Notes under the pieces: generated by a model
Seen by the model: only the letters and a program-made list of their open reading frames with translations
Told to the model about the DNA's origin: nothing
Databases searched by the model: none
DNA from: Myxococcota bacterium
Lineage (GTDB): Bacteria > Myxococcota_A > UBA9160 > UBA6930
Direction: 5' to 3'
NCBI GenBank assembly: GCA_965223415.1
Contig: OZ245002.1
Span: 4,384,001-4,448,000, forward strand
DNA: 64,000 bases
Translations under genes and position numbers: made by a program
In this document: positions 9,332 to 19,900 of the stretch, piece after piece
How the letters are laid out: each line of letters starts with the position of its first letter
How positions within the stretch are numbered: position 1 is the first letter of the stretch

Positions 9332-9440
9332 TTCTCCTCGAAATTTCTCGCGACATTTTTTTTTCCCCGCGGCCACTCACCAGGTGAGCCGATGCAACCG
9401 CTCCTCCGGGCGGTGGCTCGTTGGAGGGTGAGAGGAGTTG

Positions 9441-10187
9441 ATGCCCATGACCGCCAAGCCTTCGTTCCACCGGGTCCGCGCCCTGCTGCTGGCCGCCGCG
9501 CTCGTCGTCACGAGCGCCGCTGCCTCCGCGACCCCGGTCGATCTCTTCTTCAACGGCACCGTGCCGTCCTCGGACGGGAACTTCTACGGGCTCTCGGCCC
9601 AGGCACAGACCGACTTCCTGGCCAACGGCGGCCAGGTGCTCGGCGGCATGCCGATGTTCTCGCTGGTCGGAATGAAGATGACCATCGCGAACCCGTTGGA
9701 CATCACGGCGAACTACGTGCCAGGAGGACCTAACTTCCTGACCAACCCGGCGCAGGATCAGAACACCTGGAGCTTCACGGCGAACCAGCAGCTGAACGAC
9801 GTGTGGATCGTGCTCCGCGGCCACGACCCGACCGACGTCCTGGGCATCAACAACTTCGCTGGGGGCTATCTGCCCCAGAACGTGGGGCTCAACATCGACC
9901 CCATGAGCACGACCGACATCTGGCGAATGGTGAACCTGCCGGCCATGGGTGGAGAGCCGGCGACTTCCTATCTTGCGCTCTACCTCGGGGATCTGGCTCC
10001 GGGGCAGACCGTGACGAAGACGTTCTTCTACCGCGTCACGCAGGACATCATCACCAACCCCTCGTCGGGAGATCTCCAATTTCCGCAGCATCTCGTTGGC
10101 CTGATGTTTGCCCCGGTGCCCGAGGCCGGAACCCTGCTGCTCCTCGCGACCGGCTTGGCCGCGGCGCTGCGCAGCCGCCGCGCGTGA
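9441..10187 (+). CDS. PEP-CTERM sorting-domain surface protein
   Basis: Signal peptide (...SAAASA); C-terminal VPEAGTLLLLATGLAAALRSRRA; RBS AGGAG upstream. Confidence 0.8.
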   Translation: MPMTAKPSFHRVRALLLAAALVVTSAAASATPVDLFFNGTVPSSDGNFYGLSAQAQTDFLANGGQVLGGMPMFSLVGMKMTIANPLDITANYVPGGPNFLTNPAQDQNTWSFTANQQLNDVWIVLRGHDPTDVLGINNFAGGYLPQNVGLNIDPMSTTDIWRMVNLPAMGGEPATSYLALYLGDLAPGQTVTKTFFYRVTQDIITNPSSGDLQFPQHLVGLMFAPVPEAGTLLLLATGLAAALRSRRA

Positions 10188-11815
10188 GCCTCCGCCGGGT
10201 CGCTGCCAGCCTGGCCGCGGCTCTGCTGCTGGCGGCGCCCACGGACACCTTCGCGCAGGACGATGCGGCCACGTCGCGGGCCGCCGTCCTCGAGCGCTCC
10301 GGCCGCTGCAGCGAAGCCCTGGATGTCCTGTCCGGGGTGGGTTCGCCCAGCGCGGATCAGCGCTTCCTCCGCGGGCGCTGTCACATCCAGCTCACCCAAT
10401 ATCCCGCCGCCGTCACGGAGCTTGGCCAGGCCCGCAGTGCCGACCCGACGCTGCCCCACGTCGAGCTCTACTACGGCATGGCCGCGTATCACCTCGGGGA
10501 CATCCCGGCAGCGGAGGAGGCGATCGCCAAGGCGCGGGCCGGCTCGCAGGATCGGGCGGAGCTGCACCTGTACGACGGGCTCCTCGCCCTGCGTCGCAAG
10601 CAGAGCGCCGAGGCGGCGGCCTCGCTGGAGCGCGCGCGGGCCATGTCGGACTCGGTCGAGCCCACGGCTTCCTACTACGCCGGGCTCGCCTACGCCGGGG
10701 CCGACGACGCAGACCGGGCCGTCGTGGCCCTGGACCGGGTGATCGCGATGGAGCCCGCGGGCAGCGAGTGGGCGGAGGAGGCCCGCAAGGCCAAGGAGCG
10801 CCTCGACACGGCCGAGGGCGGGTCCTGGTGGGCTTGGGGCAAGTTCGGCGTCGAGTACGACGACAACGTCGTCTTGCGCCACCAGGGCGGCCTGCTGCCC
10901 CGGGGCATCAGCGGCGTCCACGACATGCGCGCTGTCTGGATCCTCCACGGCGGCTGGGAGTTCATCCGCGAGAAGGAGTGGTCGGCGGGCACGGCCTTGA
11001 CCTACTACGGCTCGTCCCACTTCGATCTCGAGGACTTCAATCAGCACAACCCGGTGGTGAGCCTGTGGGTCGACCGGCGGCTGGCGAAGCCCACGACCCT
11101 GCGCCTCCGCTACGACCTGAGCCACTCCTGGATCGACAGCGATCCCTTCCTCCACAGCCACACGCTCACGCCCACCCTCTTCCACGAGTGGGGAGAGGCG
11201 GCCGGCCGCTCCAAGGTCTTCGCCTCCTTCTACGACTACAACTTCCTCTACGAGGACGACGGCGAGGTGCCGGACGGCCGCGGGCGGGCGTTCTCGCGCT
11301 GCCTCAGCCCCGGCACGCTCTTCTGCTCGCCGCCGGGCATCCGCGAGGGCGAGGATCGCAACCAGGACGGCTGGGGAATCGCGGCCGGCGTGGACCACTC
11401 GATCCCGCTGGGCTTCGCAGACACCGAGCTCACCCTCGGCTACCGCTGGGACCGCTACAGCTCTCGGGGCAGCGAGTACTCCTTCAGCGCCCACCAGTTC
11501 CGGGTCGAAACGGATACGCAGCTCCCGCACGACTTCCAGCTGCGCACCCTGGTGGCCTACACGCTGCGACCCTACCGGAACAACTCCAGCTTCCCGGATC
11601 CCCAGGACGTCTTCTTCAATCTCGAGTACCCGCTGCAGAACGAGAACCGCCGGGACGACGCCTGGTACTTCGCGGTGGAGCTCGAGAAGAAGATCACGGA
11701 CGCGTTTTCGGCTGAAGTGGCGTACCGCTACATCAAGAACCACTCCAACGTGGCGGTTTTCGACTATGACCGGGAGATCCTCGGCTTCTACGTCACCTAT
11801 CGGCTCGAGGAGTGA
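10184..11815 (+). CDS. TPR-repeat protein with C-terminal outer-membrane beta-barrel
   Basis: GTGA overlap; signal peptide; TPR-like helices, then GVEYDDNV barrel start, alternating aromatic strands, YIKNHSNVAVFDYDR. Confidence 0.7.
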   Translation: MSLRRVAASLAAALLLAAPTDTFAQDDAATSRAAVLERSGRCSEALDVLSGVGSPSADQRFLRGRCHIQLTQYPAAVTELGQARSADPTLPHVELYYGMAAYHLGDIPAAEEAIAKARAGSQDRAELHLYDGLLALRRKQSAEAAASLERARAMSDSVEPTASYYAGLAYAGADDADRAVVALDRVIAMEPAGSEWAEEARKAKERLDTAEGGSWWAWGKFGVEYDDNVVLRHQGGLLPRGISGVHDMRAVWILHGGWEFIREKEWSAGTALTYYGSSHFDLEDFNQHNPVVSLWVDRRLAKPTTLRLRYDLSHSWIDSDPFLHSHTLTPTLFHEWGEAAGRSKVFASFYDYNFLYEDDGEVPDGRGRAFSRCLSPGTLFCSPPGIREGEDRNQDGWGIAAGVDHSIPLGFADTELTLGYRWDRYSSRGSEYSFSAHQFRVETDTQLPHDFQLRTLVAYTLRPYRNNSSFPDPQDVFFNLEYPLQNENRRDDAWYFAVELEKKITDAFSAEVAYRYIKNHSNVAVFDYDREILGFYVTYRLEE

Positions 11816-11840
11816 CTCACTGGTCGAGGAGGTCTCACCC

Positions 11841-12812
11841 ATGACCTGCACACGACTTGCAATGGCCCTGCTGCTGGCCTGCCTGGCCATGCCCGCCTTC
11901 GCGGGGGGCGACCCCGAGGGGGCGGATGCCGGATCGAACGGAGCCGGTGATCGCACCGCCGCCGATCTCCCTCCGGTTTCCTCCGCGCCTCCCCTTGCCG
12001 GCGCGCCGGCGGATCTCTCCTGCAACGGGGATCCCGACCAGATCGTCGGTCACGTCGTGGCCCTGGCGGGTTCGGTCCATGCCCAGCGGCCCGGTGAGGA
12101 CCAGCGGGCACTCGCCTGCAACGATGCGATCCACGCCTGCGACACGCTCCTCACCACCGCGGGCTCGCGGGTCGGCGTGCTGACGGGCAACCTCTACGCC
12201 CATGTCGACACGGACAGCCGGCTGCAGATCGGAACGGCCGGTGACCAGCCGAGCCTGATGCTCCACGCCGGCGGGCTGCGGGTGATCGACCCCCGGGGTG
12301 CCGGCGCCGCGGCCGTGCCGATGAGCACGCCCCACGTGGCGACCCAGGCCCTCGGCACGGACACGGAGCTGTTCGTGAGCGACCCGAGTCGCACCCGCCT
12401 GTGCAACCACCTGGCTTCGCTCCGGGTGGCCGGCACCGGTGGCGGTGATCCCCTGGACCTGGCCAGTGGCTGCGCGGTGAGCTCCGGCCTCGGCGTCGCG
12501 GCGGCACCCGCCTCGGATCCGAGCATCGGCGTGCAGGAAACGCCGAGCTGCGAGATCGAGCTGGCGGGGATGTTCACGCCGTATGACGTGTCGGCGGACA
12601 TCGGCTTCGACGCGTTCCCGAACGTGGCCGCGGCCGACAACTGGCGGCGCGGGGCCTGCGAGGCGAGTAACTGCCGCAACCAGGTCACGCCGCAGCCTCC
12701 GCCGCGCCGGATCATCCCGCCGCGGCCGCCCTCGCGCTTCCGCGTGGTCGATCCCACGCCCGGCACCGGCTGCGGCGGCGCGGGCTTCGGCTGCGGAGGC
12801 AACAACGACTAG
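11841..12812 (+). CDS. exported FecR-like domain protein, Cys-rich C-terminus
   Basis: Signal peptide; VGHVVALAGSV...AIHACDTLLTTAGSRVGV...STPHVATQALGT matches FecR-like beta-domain pattern. Confidence 0.6.
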   Translation: MTCTRLAMALLLACLAMPAFAGGDPEGADAGSNGAGDRTAADLPPVSSAPPLAGAPADLSCNGDPDQIVGHVVALAGSVHAQRPGEDQRALACNDAIHACDTLLTTAGSRVGVLTGNLYAHVDTDSRLQIGTAGDQPSLMLHAGGLRVIDPRGAGAAAVPMSTPHVATQALGTDTELFVSDPSRTRLCNHLASLRVAGTGGGDPLDLASGCAVSSGLGVAAAPASDPSIGVQETPSCEIELAGMFTPYDVSADIGFDAFPNVAAADNWRRGACEASNCRNQVTPQPPPRRIIPPRPPSRFRVVDPTPGTGCGGAGFGCGGNND

Positions 12813-12837
12813 GCCCCGGGCCTTCTCGATGCTCCCG

Positions 12838-12868
12838 ACGGGGGAGACGGCTTTGCCGTCTCCCCCGT
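12838..12868 (+). terminator. 14-bp perfect hairpin, probable terminator of the PEP-CTERM operon
   Basis: acgggggagacggc-ttt-gccgtctcccccgt, 26 nt after the stop; weak U-tract. Confidence 0.55.
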
Positions 12869-12927
12869 TCTGCTATGCACCGGGCTCGACGTCCGCTGAC
12901 GAAGCGTGGCGAATAGGAGGGGACGAC

Positions 12928-13611
12928 ATGGCTCGCCTCGGCGGCGATCTCGAGTTCGCCAGCAACGGGGAGACGACGCGTGGCTACCTGGCCACCCCCG
13001 CGTCCGGCAACGGCCCCGGCGTGGTGGTGATCCAGGAGTGGTGGGGGCTGGTGGACCACATCCGGGACGTCTGCGACCGGCTGGCCCGGGAGGGCTTCGT
13101 CGCCCTGGCGCCGGACCTCTACCGCGGTGAGGCCACCACCGATCCGGACGCCGCCGGGCGCTTGATGATGGATCTGGAGCTGCCTCGGGCCGCCCGCGAC
13201 CTGGACGCTGCCGTCCAGGCCGTGCTGGGCCACGAGGCCGTTCGCGGCAGCCGCGTCGGGGTGCTGGGCTTCTGCATGGGGGGCCAGCTCGCCCTGGACG
13301 CTGCGACCCGCAACCCGCGCATCGGCGCGGTCGTCGACTGCTACGGCATCCACCCGAACGTGCAGCTCGATCTCTCCGGCCTCGAGGCGTCGGTAATGGG
13401 CATCTTCGCCGAGCACGACGAGTTCGTGCCCATGGAGAGCGCCCGCAAGCTCGAGTCGGACCTCCGGGCCGCCGGGAAGCGCGCCGACTTCACCATCTTC
13501 TCCGGCGCCCAGCACGCCTTCATGAACGACACCCGCCCGGACGTCCACGACGCCGAGCTCGCCGCCCGCGCCTGGAGCCAGCTCCTCACCTTCCTCCGCG
13601 CCGAGCTCTAG
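12928..13611 (+). CDS. dienelactone hydrolase family protein
   Basis: IQEWWGL, ALAPDLY, GFCMGG, HAFMND; RBS AGGAGG. Confidence 0.9.
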   Translation: MARLGGDLEFASNGETTRGYLATPASGNGPGVVVIQEWWGLVDHIRDVCDRLAREGFVALAPDLYRGEATTDPDAAGRLMMDLELPRAARDLDAAVQAVLGHEAVRGSRVGVLGFCMGGQLALDAATRNPRIGAVVDCYGIHPNVQLDLSGLEASVMGIFAEHDEFVPMESARKLESDLRAAGKRADFTIFSGAQHAFMNDTRPDVHDAELAARAWSQLLTFLRAEL

Positions 13612-13616
13612 CACAA

Positions 13617-13694
13617 CGCAAGAGTGGGGACGTTCCTTGCATCTTGCGCTTTCGTCAGAAAGCGCAAGATGCAAGGAACGTCCCCACTCTTGCG
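13617..13694. repeat. perfect 37-bp inverted repeat (two inverted REP-like units), possible bidirectional terminator
   Basis: cgcaagagtggggacgttccttgcatcttgcgctttc - gtca - exact reverse complement; lies between convergent genes. Confidence 0.9.
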
Positions 13695-13703
13695 GTCTCG
13701 GGG

Positions 13704-14093
13704 TTAGGGCTCGAGGACGTCGACGGTCTCGCCGGCGGGCAGCGGTGGGATGAGCTCGGCGGTGAGAGCGAGGCCGCCGGGGCAGGGCTCGAGGATGGCC
13801 TCGGCGAGGGTGCCGTCGCGGAGCTGCATGAACAGGAAGATCTCCCGCGCGGCGTCGCTCTCGGACTGGCGCGCGCGCTCCGAGACCCGGGCGGCGGCCA
13901 GGAAGTGGCCGGCGGCGGCCTGGGTGTCGTCGCCGCTGAGCTGGCGGAAGCCGATCTCGCGGGGCGCGCCGAAGCCGCTCACCATCGGGCGGTGGCCGGG
14001 CCGCAGGTGGAGGCGCTGGGCGGCGGTGGCGGCGGCGTAGCGGAGCATGCGCTCGAGGGTGTCTTCATCGAGCGGCTGGACGAGATCGAGCAA
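13704..14093 (-). CDS. small protein resembling a stand-alone PilT N-terminal domain
   Basis: LERMLRYAAATAAQRLHLRPGHRPMV...LSGDDTQ resembles PilT ASDLHL..G.PP...LT..DT; start (TTG 14093 or ATG 14048) uncertain. Confidence 0.5.
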   Translation of the reverse strand: MLDLVQPLDEDTLERMLRYAAATAAQRLHLRPGHRPMVSGFGAPREIGFRQLSGDDTQAAAGHFLAAARVSERARQSESDAAREIFLFMQLRDGTLAEAILEPCPGGLALTAELIPPLPAGETVDVLEP

Positions 14094-14146
14094 GGCGGAG
14101 TCCCCCTGGAGTTCAGGGGACTTGTCGGCTCGACTTGCCGGCTCCT

Positions 14147-15967
14147 TTAGCGCTTCCGGAGGTTCGCCTGGAGCACCCGCTTGCGCAGCCGGAGCTGCTT
14201 CGGGGTCACCTCGAGGAGTTCGTCGTCCTCGATCCACTCGAGGGCGCTCTCGATCGTGATGGGGCGGGGCGGAGACACCACGGTCGCCTCGTCCCGGCCG
14301 GCGGCGCGGATGTTGGTGAGCTTCTTCTGCCGGCAGACGTTCACGTTCATGTCCCCGGCCCGCCGGTTCTCGCCCACCACCTGGCCCTCGTAGACCGGCA
14401 CGCCGGGACCGAGGAAGAGGGTGGCCCGCTCCTGGATGTTGAAGAGCGCGTAGGGCGTGGTCTTGCCCGCCTCGCTGGCGACGATCGCGCCGACCTGCCG
14501 CCCCTCGAGCGGGCCGGCGTGAGGCTCGTAGCCCTTCACCGTGCGGTGCAGGATGCCCTCGCCGCGGGTGTCGGTCAGGAACTCGCTGCGGTAGCCGAAG
14601 AGCGAGCGCGAGGGCACCACGAAGTGGAGGTGCATGCGTTGGCCGCGCGGCTCCATCGAGACCATGCGGCCGCGCCGGGCCGAGAGCTTCTCCATCACCG
14701 AGCCCGAGGCGGTCTCCGGCACCTCGATCATCACGTCCTCGACCGGCTCGCAGGTCTTGCCGTCCACCTCCCGCGGGATGATCTCCGGCCGGGACACGCT
14801 GAACTCGTAGCCCTCGCGGCGCATGGTCTCGATCAACACGGCGATCTGCAGCTCGCCGCGCCCGGCCACCTCGAAGATCTCCGGCGACTCGGTCTCCTCG
14901 ATGCGGATCGAGACGTTGGTGAGGGCCTCGCGCGCGAGCCGCTCGCCCACCTGCCGGCTGGTGAGGAAGCGTCCGTCCTGCCCGGCGAAGGCCGAGGTGT
15001 TCACCGAAAAGCGCACGCGGATGGTCGGCGGATCGATGGCGATGCGCGGGCGCGGCTCCGGGGCCTCGCGATCGCAGATGGTGTCGCCGATCTCGATGGT
15101 GTCGACGCCGGCGAGGATGACGATGTCCCCGGCTCGGCCCTCGTCCAGCTCGACGCGCTCGAGCCCCCGCGTTCCGAAGAGCTTGGTGATGCGGAAGGGC
15201 TCGGCAACGCCGTCCTCGGCGAGCCGCACCACGGTGGTGCCGCGCTTCATGCACCCGCGCTCGACCCGGCCGATCACCAGCCTCCCCAGGAACTCGTCGT
15301 AGCCCAGGGTCACGGCCTGGAACTGCAGGGAGCCGTCCGGGTCCACCTCCGGCGCCGGGGCGTGCTCGAGGATGGCGTCCAGGAGCGGACGGAGGTCCTC
15401 CATCGGGCTCTCGGCGCGGGTGCCGGCCACGCCGGCCTTGGCGGAGCAGTACACCACCGGGAAGTCGAGCTGCCGGTCGTCGGCGCCGAGCTCGACCAGC
15501 AGGTCGAAGACCTCGTCCACCACCGCCTCCGCCCGCTGCTCCGGCCGGTCGATCTTGTTCACGACCAGGATCGGCCGCAGCCCGTGCTCGAGGGCCTTGC
15601 CCAGCACGAAGCGGGTCTGGGGCATCACCCCCTCCACCGCGTCGACCAGCAGCAGCACCCCGTCCACCATGCCGAGCACCCGCTCGACCTCGCCGCCGAA
15701 GTCGGCGTGGCCCGGTGTGTCCACGAGCTGGATGCGCACGCCCTCGAAGTCGATCGCCGTGTTCTTGGCGACGATCGTGATGCCGCGCTCGCGCTCCAGG
15801 TCCTGGCTGTCCATGGCCCGATCCTCCACCTGCTGGTGGCTGGCGACCGCACCGGTGAAGCGGAACAGGCCGTCGACCAGCGTCGTCTTGCCGTGATCGA
15901 CGTGGGCGATGATGGCCAGGTTGCGCAGATCCTTGCGCGGGGTGGGGCGGGTCTCCGCAGGGCTCAT
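14147..15967 (-). CDS. typA: translational GTPase TypA/BipA
   Basis: [51 protein letters not shown]. Confidence 0.97.
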   Translation of the reverse strand: MSPAETRPTPRKDLRNLAIIAHVDHGKTTLVDGLFRFTGAVASHQQVEDRAMDSQDLERERGITIVAKNTAIDFEGVRIQLVDTPGHADFGGEVERVLGMVDGVLLLVDAVEGVMPQTRFVLGKALEHGLRPILVVNKIDRPEQRAEAVVDEVFDLLVELGADDRQLDFPVVYCSAKAGVAGTRAESPMEDLRPLLDAILEHAPAPEVDPDGSLQFQAVTLGYDEFLGRLVIGRVERGCMKRGTTVVRLAEDGVAEPFRITKLFGTRGLERVELDEGRAGDIVILAGVDTIEIGDTICDREAPEPRPRIAIDPPTIRVRFSVNTSAFAGQDGRFLTSRQVGERLAREALTNVSIRIEETESPEIFEVAGRGELQIAVLIETMRREGYEFSVSRPEIIPREVDGKTCEPVEDVMIEVPETASGSVMEKLSARRGRMVSMEPRGQRMHLHFVVPSRSLFGYRSEFLTDTRGEGILHRTVKGYEPHAGPLEGRQVGAIVASEAGKTTPYALFNIQERATLFLGPGVPVYEGQVVGENRRAGDMNVNVCRQKKLTNIRAAGRDEATVVSPPRPITIESALEWIEDDELLEVTPKQLRLRKRVLQANLRKR

Positions 15968-16005
15968 GGGCGGCGGAACCTAGCAGTCCCGAGGGGCCCG
16001 TCGAA

Positions 16006-16728
16006 TCAGTCCCCGCCGGGCTCACGCACGAGCGGCACGAAGCGCACCGGGTACTCGCCGCGGTCCAGGAGACCGTCCTCGGTGCGCTCGACCACCCGCA
16101 GCATCTGGTCCCAGCGGCCGACCGGGATGACCAGCTTCGCCCCCACGGCGAGCTGTCGGATGAGCGGCGGAGGGATCTCGGCGGGCGCGGCAGTCACCAC
16201 GATGCCGTCGAAGGGCGCCTTCGCCGGGAGTCCCTTCCAGCCGTCCCCGGTGATCACGTCGACGTTCTCGTAGCCGAGCTCGGCCAGGAGCTTGCGGGAG
16301 CGCTCGGCCAGCTCCGGCACGATCTCGATCGTGTGGACCTCGCGGACCAGCTCGCCGAGCACCGCGGCCTGGTAGCCGGAGCCGGTACCCACCTCGAGGA
16401 TCCGATCGTTCGGCTCGGGATCCACCAGCTCGGTCATCGACGCCACGATGTAGGGCTGCGAGATCGTCTGCCCGTTCCCGATCGGGAGCGGGCCGTCGCG
16501 ATAGGCGCGATCGACGAGGTCGGCGGGGACGAAGCGGTGGCGCGGCACCTTGCGCAGCGCGGCCAGCACCCGCGGGTTCGCCACGCCGCGCGCCTCGATC
16601 TGCTCGCGCACCATCCGGTCCCGCAGCTCGGCGAAGTCGTCCGGTTGGCTCTGCAGGCCCATCGCTCCCATCGAACCCGTCAGCACCCCCGCCGCGACGG
16701 CCACGGCGATCCACTCCCTCACCTTCAC
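16006..16728 (-). CDS. pcm: protein-L-isoaspartate O-methyltransferase
   Basis: VPRHRFVP, QTISQPYIVA, LEVGTGSGYQAA, VRFVPL; N-terminal hydrophobic segment. Confidence 0.95.
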   Translation of the reverse strand: MKVREWIAVAVAAGVLTGSMGAMGLQSQPDDFAELRDRMVREQIEARGVANPRVLAALRKVPRHRFVPADLVDRAYRDGPLPIGNGQTISQPYIVASMTELVDPEPNDRILEVGTGSGYQAAVLGELVREVHTIEIVPELAERSRKLLAELGYENVDVITGDGWKGLPAKAPFDGIVVTAAPAEIPPPLIRQLAVGAKLVIPVGRWDQMLRVVERTEDGLLDRGEYPVRFVPLVREPGGD

Positions 16729-16860
16729 GCTCCCAGCCTACCGGACCCGGCCACCGGAAGGGTGGCTCGTCCGCCGGGGCCACCCGCCACGGGGCCGCGC
16801 CGCTCGGGGCAGCGCGACCCAGCGCCGGGGCCGTTCGCCGCGAAGGAAGGTGCGGACACT

Positions 16861-16875
16861 TGGAACGGGAATTGC
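16861..16875 (+). promoter_or_regulatory. sigma-54 (-24/-12) promoter
   Basis: TGGAAC-GGGAA-TTGC with GG-N10-GC spacing, 34 nt upstream of the DUF1302 start. Confidence 0.65.
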
Positions 16876-16908
16876 GATCGCTTCCCGAACGAGGGGACGA
16901 GGAGGCCC

Positions 16909-19900
16909 ATGCGGAGGGGAATCGGCGCCGTCGCGGCGGCGCTCTACGGGTTGGCCCTCTGGGCGACCGGCGCGGAAGCCATCGACCTGTGGGAACGGCG
17001 GGTCCAGGTCCACGGGTACTACGACTTCCAGCTTCGCGCCCTCGCCGACGACCTGAGCTACGCCGACGACTTCGACGTCAGCCAGATGGCCCACGTGCTG
17101 AACCTGGAGGTGGAGGCGGCGCTCGCGCCGAACGGCTTCGGCCCCTTCGACCTGGTGAGCGCCTTCGCCCGCATCGAGGCGCGCTACGACTGCGTGTGGA
17201 CCCGGGGCTGCGGCCTCTTCCCCAGCATCAACGCCTACGGCGACGGCGCCAAGCGCTACCCCAAGCGGCTCCACAACGGGCGGCGCTTCGGCTACGTGGG
17301 CGGTGTCTGGGCCGGTGATACGCGGCGCTGGCGGGCCGACCCGATCGAGACCTTCGGCTTTTCCTACAAGGATCGCCCCGAGGAAGGGCGGGTGCCCAGC
17401 GGCATCCAGCACACCGAGGCCTTCTGGACGATCTTCACCTCGCCCGGCGGCGACCAGGTGCTCGGCACTGCCGACGACCCGTCGCCCTTCTACTTCGATC
17501 GCTACTTCCAGCCCGGCCGCTGCAGGTTCGCCGTGAAGCGCACCCAGAGCTACACGGACGGCGTCGGCGTGTTCAACCTCGGCCCGATGGATCCGGACTG
17601 CGACGTCGAGCCGATCGCGGCGTTCATCGACAAGCCGAATCCCTTCCGCGCGCGGGATCGGAACCCGCTCACGGGAGGCGGGGGAGGCGGCGCGCTGCCC
17701 TTCCGTCCGGCTCCCGAGATCGCCTTCGACTCGGACTCGCCCGAGTGGATTCCCCGCGGCCTGTGGATCCCCAACCCGGAGCTGGCACGGCTGCTCGAGG
17801 ACGGCGACCTCGAGGAGCCGGCACTGAACTTCAGCCAGGACGAGCTGGCCTGGAACCGGGGCGCCAGCCAGGGCGCCGAGAAGGAGCTGAAGGAGCTCTA
17901 CGTCGACGTCGAGATGCTCGACAGCCGCTTGTGGCTGCGGATCGGCAAGCAGACGATCGTGTGGGGCAAGACGGAGCTCTTCCGCAACCAGGACCAGTGG
18001 AATCCCCAGGACCTCGCCCTCTCCTCGCTGCCGGGCCTCGAGGAGTCCCGCACCGCCCTCTGGGCCCTGCGCGCGGTCTACAGCTTCTACAACGTGGGGC
18101 CCCTCGAAGACGTGAGCCTCGAGCTCGCCGTCAACTTCGACGACTTCGAGCCGGCGGATCTCGGCCGCTGCGGCGAGCCCTACACCGTGTTCCTCGTCTG
18201 CGCCGGCAGCTTCGGGTTCCTGGCCCACGGCTTCGAGGCCAAGGGCCTGGCCGGCGTGCGCACGCCGCCGTCGCCGTGGAACAGCTGGCACGGCCTCGAG
18301 ACCGGGCTCCGTCTCGAGTGGCGCTGGCGCCGCTTCAGCTTCTCCCTGAGCGACTTCTACGGCTACGACGACCTTCCCTACCTGGAGAAGATCTACACCT
18401 TCGAGCGCAACGTGGATCCGGCGACCGGACGGCCCCGGCGCGAGAATTCGCGGGGCGTCTGTCGGACGGGACGGGAGGACGCCTGCCTGCGGGCCGGCCG
18501 CGACGCCCTGCTGCACCACGCGGCCAACCAGACCCTCTACGCCAAGAACTGCGCGTCGACCTTCGGCATCGCCGCGCTGGATCCGAGCGCCTGCGGCCTC
18601 ACCATCTTCAACAGCCAGGTGGACACGGATCCCACCCAGGCCGCGGCCCCGCGGCTGATGATCGCGTTCGCCAACATGTGGGCCGGGTCGCTCAGCAACT
18701 TCGGGCTCTCGGGCGGCGGCGCGGAGGTCTTCGCCGGGCTGGCCGCTTTCACGCCCCAGACCACCGCGGCGCTGGCCCGTTTCCCCTGGACGCAGACCGT
18801 GCTCGGAGCCGGCCCTTCGGCCGGGGATCGCACGCCGCTCGTGCCCCTTTCGGTCGACCTGAACGACGGGGGGCCCTCGACCCTGCCGCCGCAGTTCGCC
18901 GGCGACTTCGGCGTGATCATCTGGCAGGGCTCCGGGCTCCAGCCCGTGCTGACCGACGAGCAGGAGGCGCTGCTCGGCTGCGGCCCCTTCTTCCAGACCC
19001 AGTGCGACATCGACGGCATCGACCTGATGAACGCGGAAGCCAGCGCAATCATGCAGTCCTTCGTCGGCTTCGACGGGAGCTCTGGGGAGGACTGGGCGAC
19101 GACCGACCGCAGCCGCGCCCAGCCGGGCACCGTGGGCTTCGACGGCGGGCCGGTGTGCACCCGCTACGAGGGCGGCCGCCTGCACGTGCTTCCCGGCTGC
19201 CGCGGCCGCGGGGACGACGGCTACTCCGTCTTTGTCGACGGCTCGACCGGCGGTGCGCTGCACCCCTTCACCGGGCAGCCCTTCCGCACGGAGATGTCCA
19301 TCTTCTCCTGGAACTTCATGATGGTCCTGGTGGGCAACTCGATCCCGAAGGACCCGAACAAGATCCGCATCGACGAGTTCGATCCGGACCAGGCCTTCCG
19401 GAGCGGCGGCTGCTCCTTCGCCAAGCCCCAGCTCTGCCACGCCTTCAGCAACTTCTGGCTGTCGGTCTCGAGCAAACGGCCCACCGTGCGAGCCGGCGGC
19501 AACGGCCGCTTCGGCCGCCGGGATTTCCAGTGGCACGACGGCACCCCCGTCGTGACCCGCTTCCAGAAGCGCAACGTGCTGGGCTTCTCGATGGACTTCG
19601 CCGAGGACGTCAGCAAGAGCAACTGGGCCCTCGAGTTCACCTGGGTGGACGACGTGCTCCAGACCGACAACGACGAGCAGAACGGGCTCAGCGAGGTCGA
19701 CACCTTCAACCTGTCGATCTCCGCCGACCGCCCCACCTTCATCAACTTCCTGAACGCGAACCGGACCCTGCTCTTCAACGCCCAGGTCTTCGTGCGCTAC
19801 GTGAGCGGCTACCGCAAGGGCTTTCCGAGCAACGGCCCCTGGAGCACCCTGGTCACGCTCACGGCGACGACCGGCTACTTTCAGGATCGCCTCAACCCGA

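Noticed and set aside
6223..9387. Very long Arg/Pro/Gly/Ala-rich ORFs (e.g. 6325-9387, 17745-20342, 44164-47208, 53343-55943)
   Set aside because: Shadow frames of real genes in high-GC DNA; no motifs, low-complexity composition
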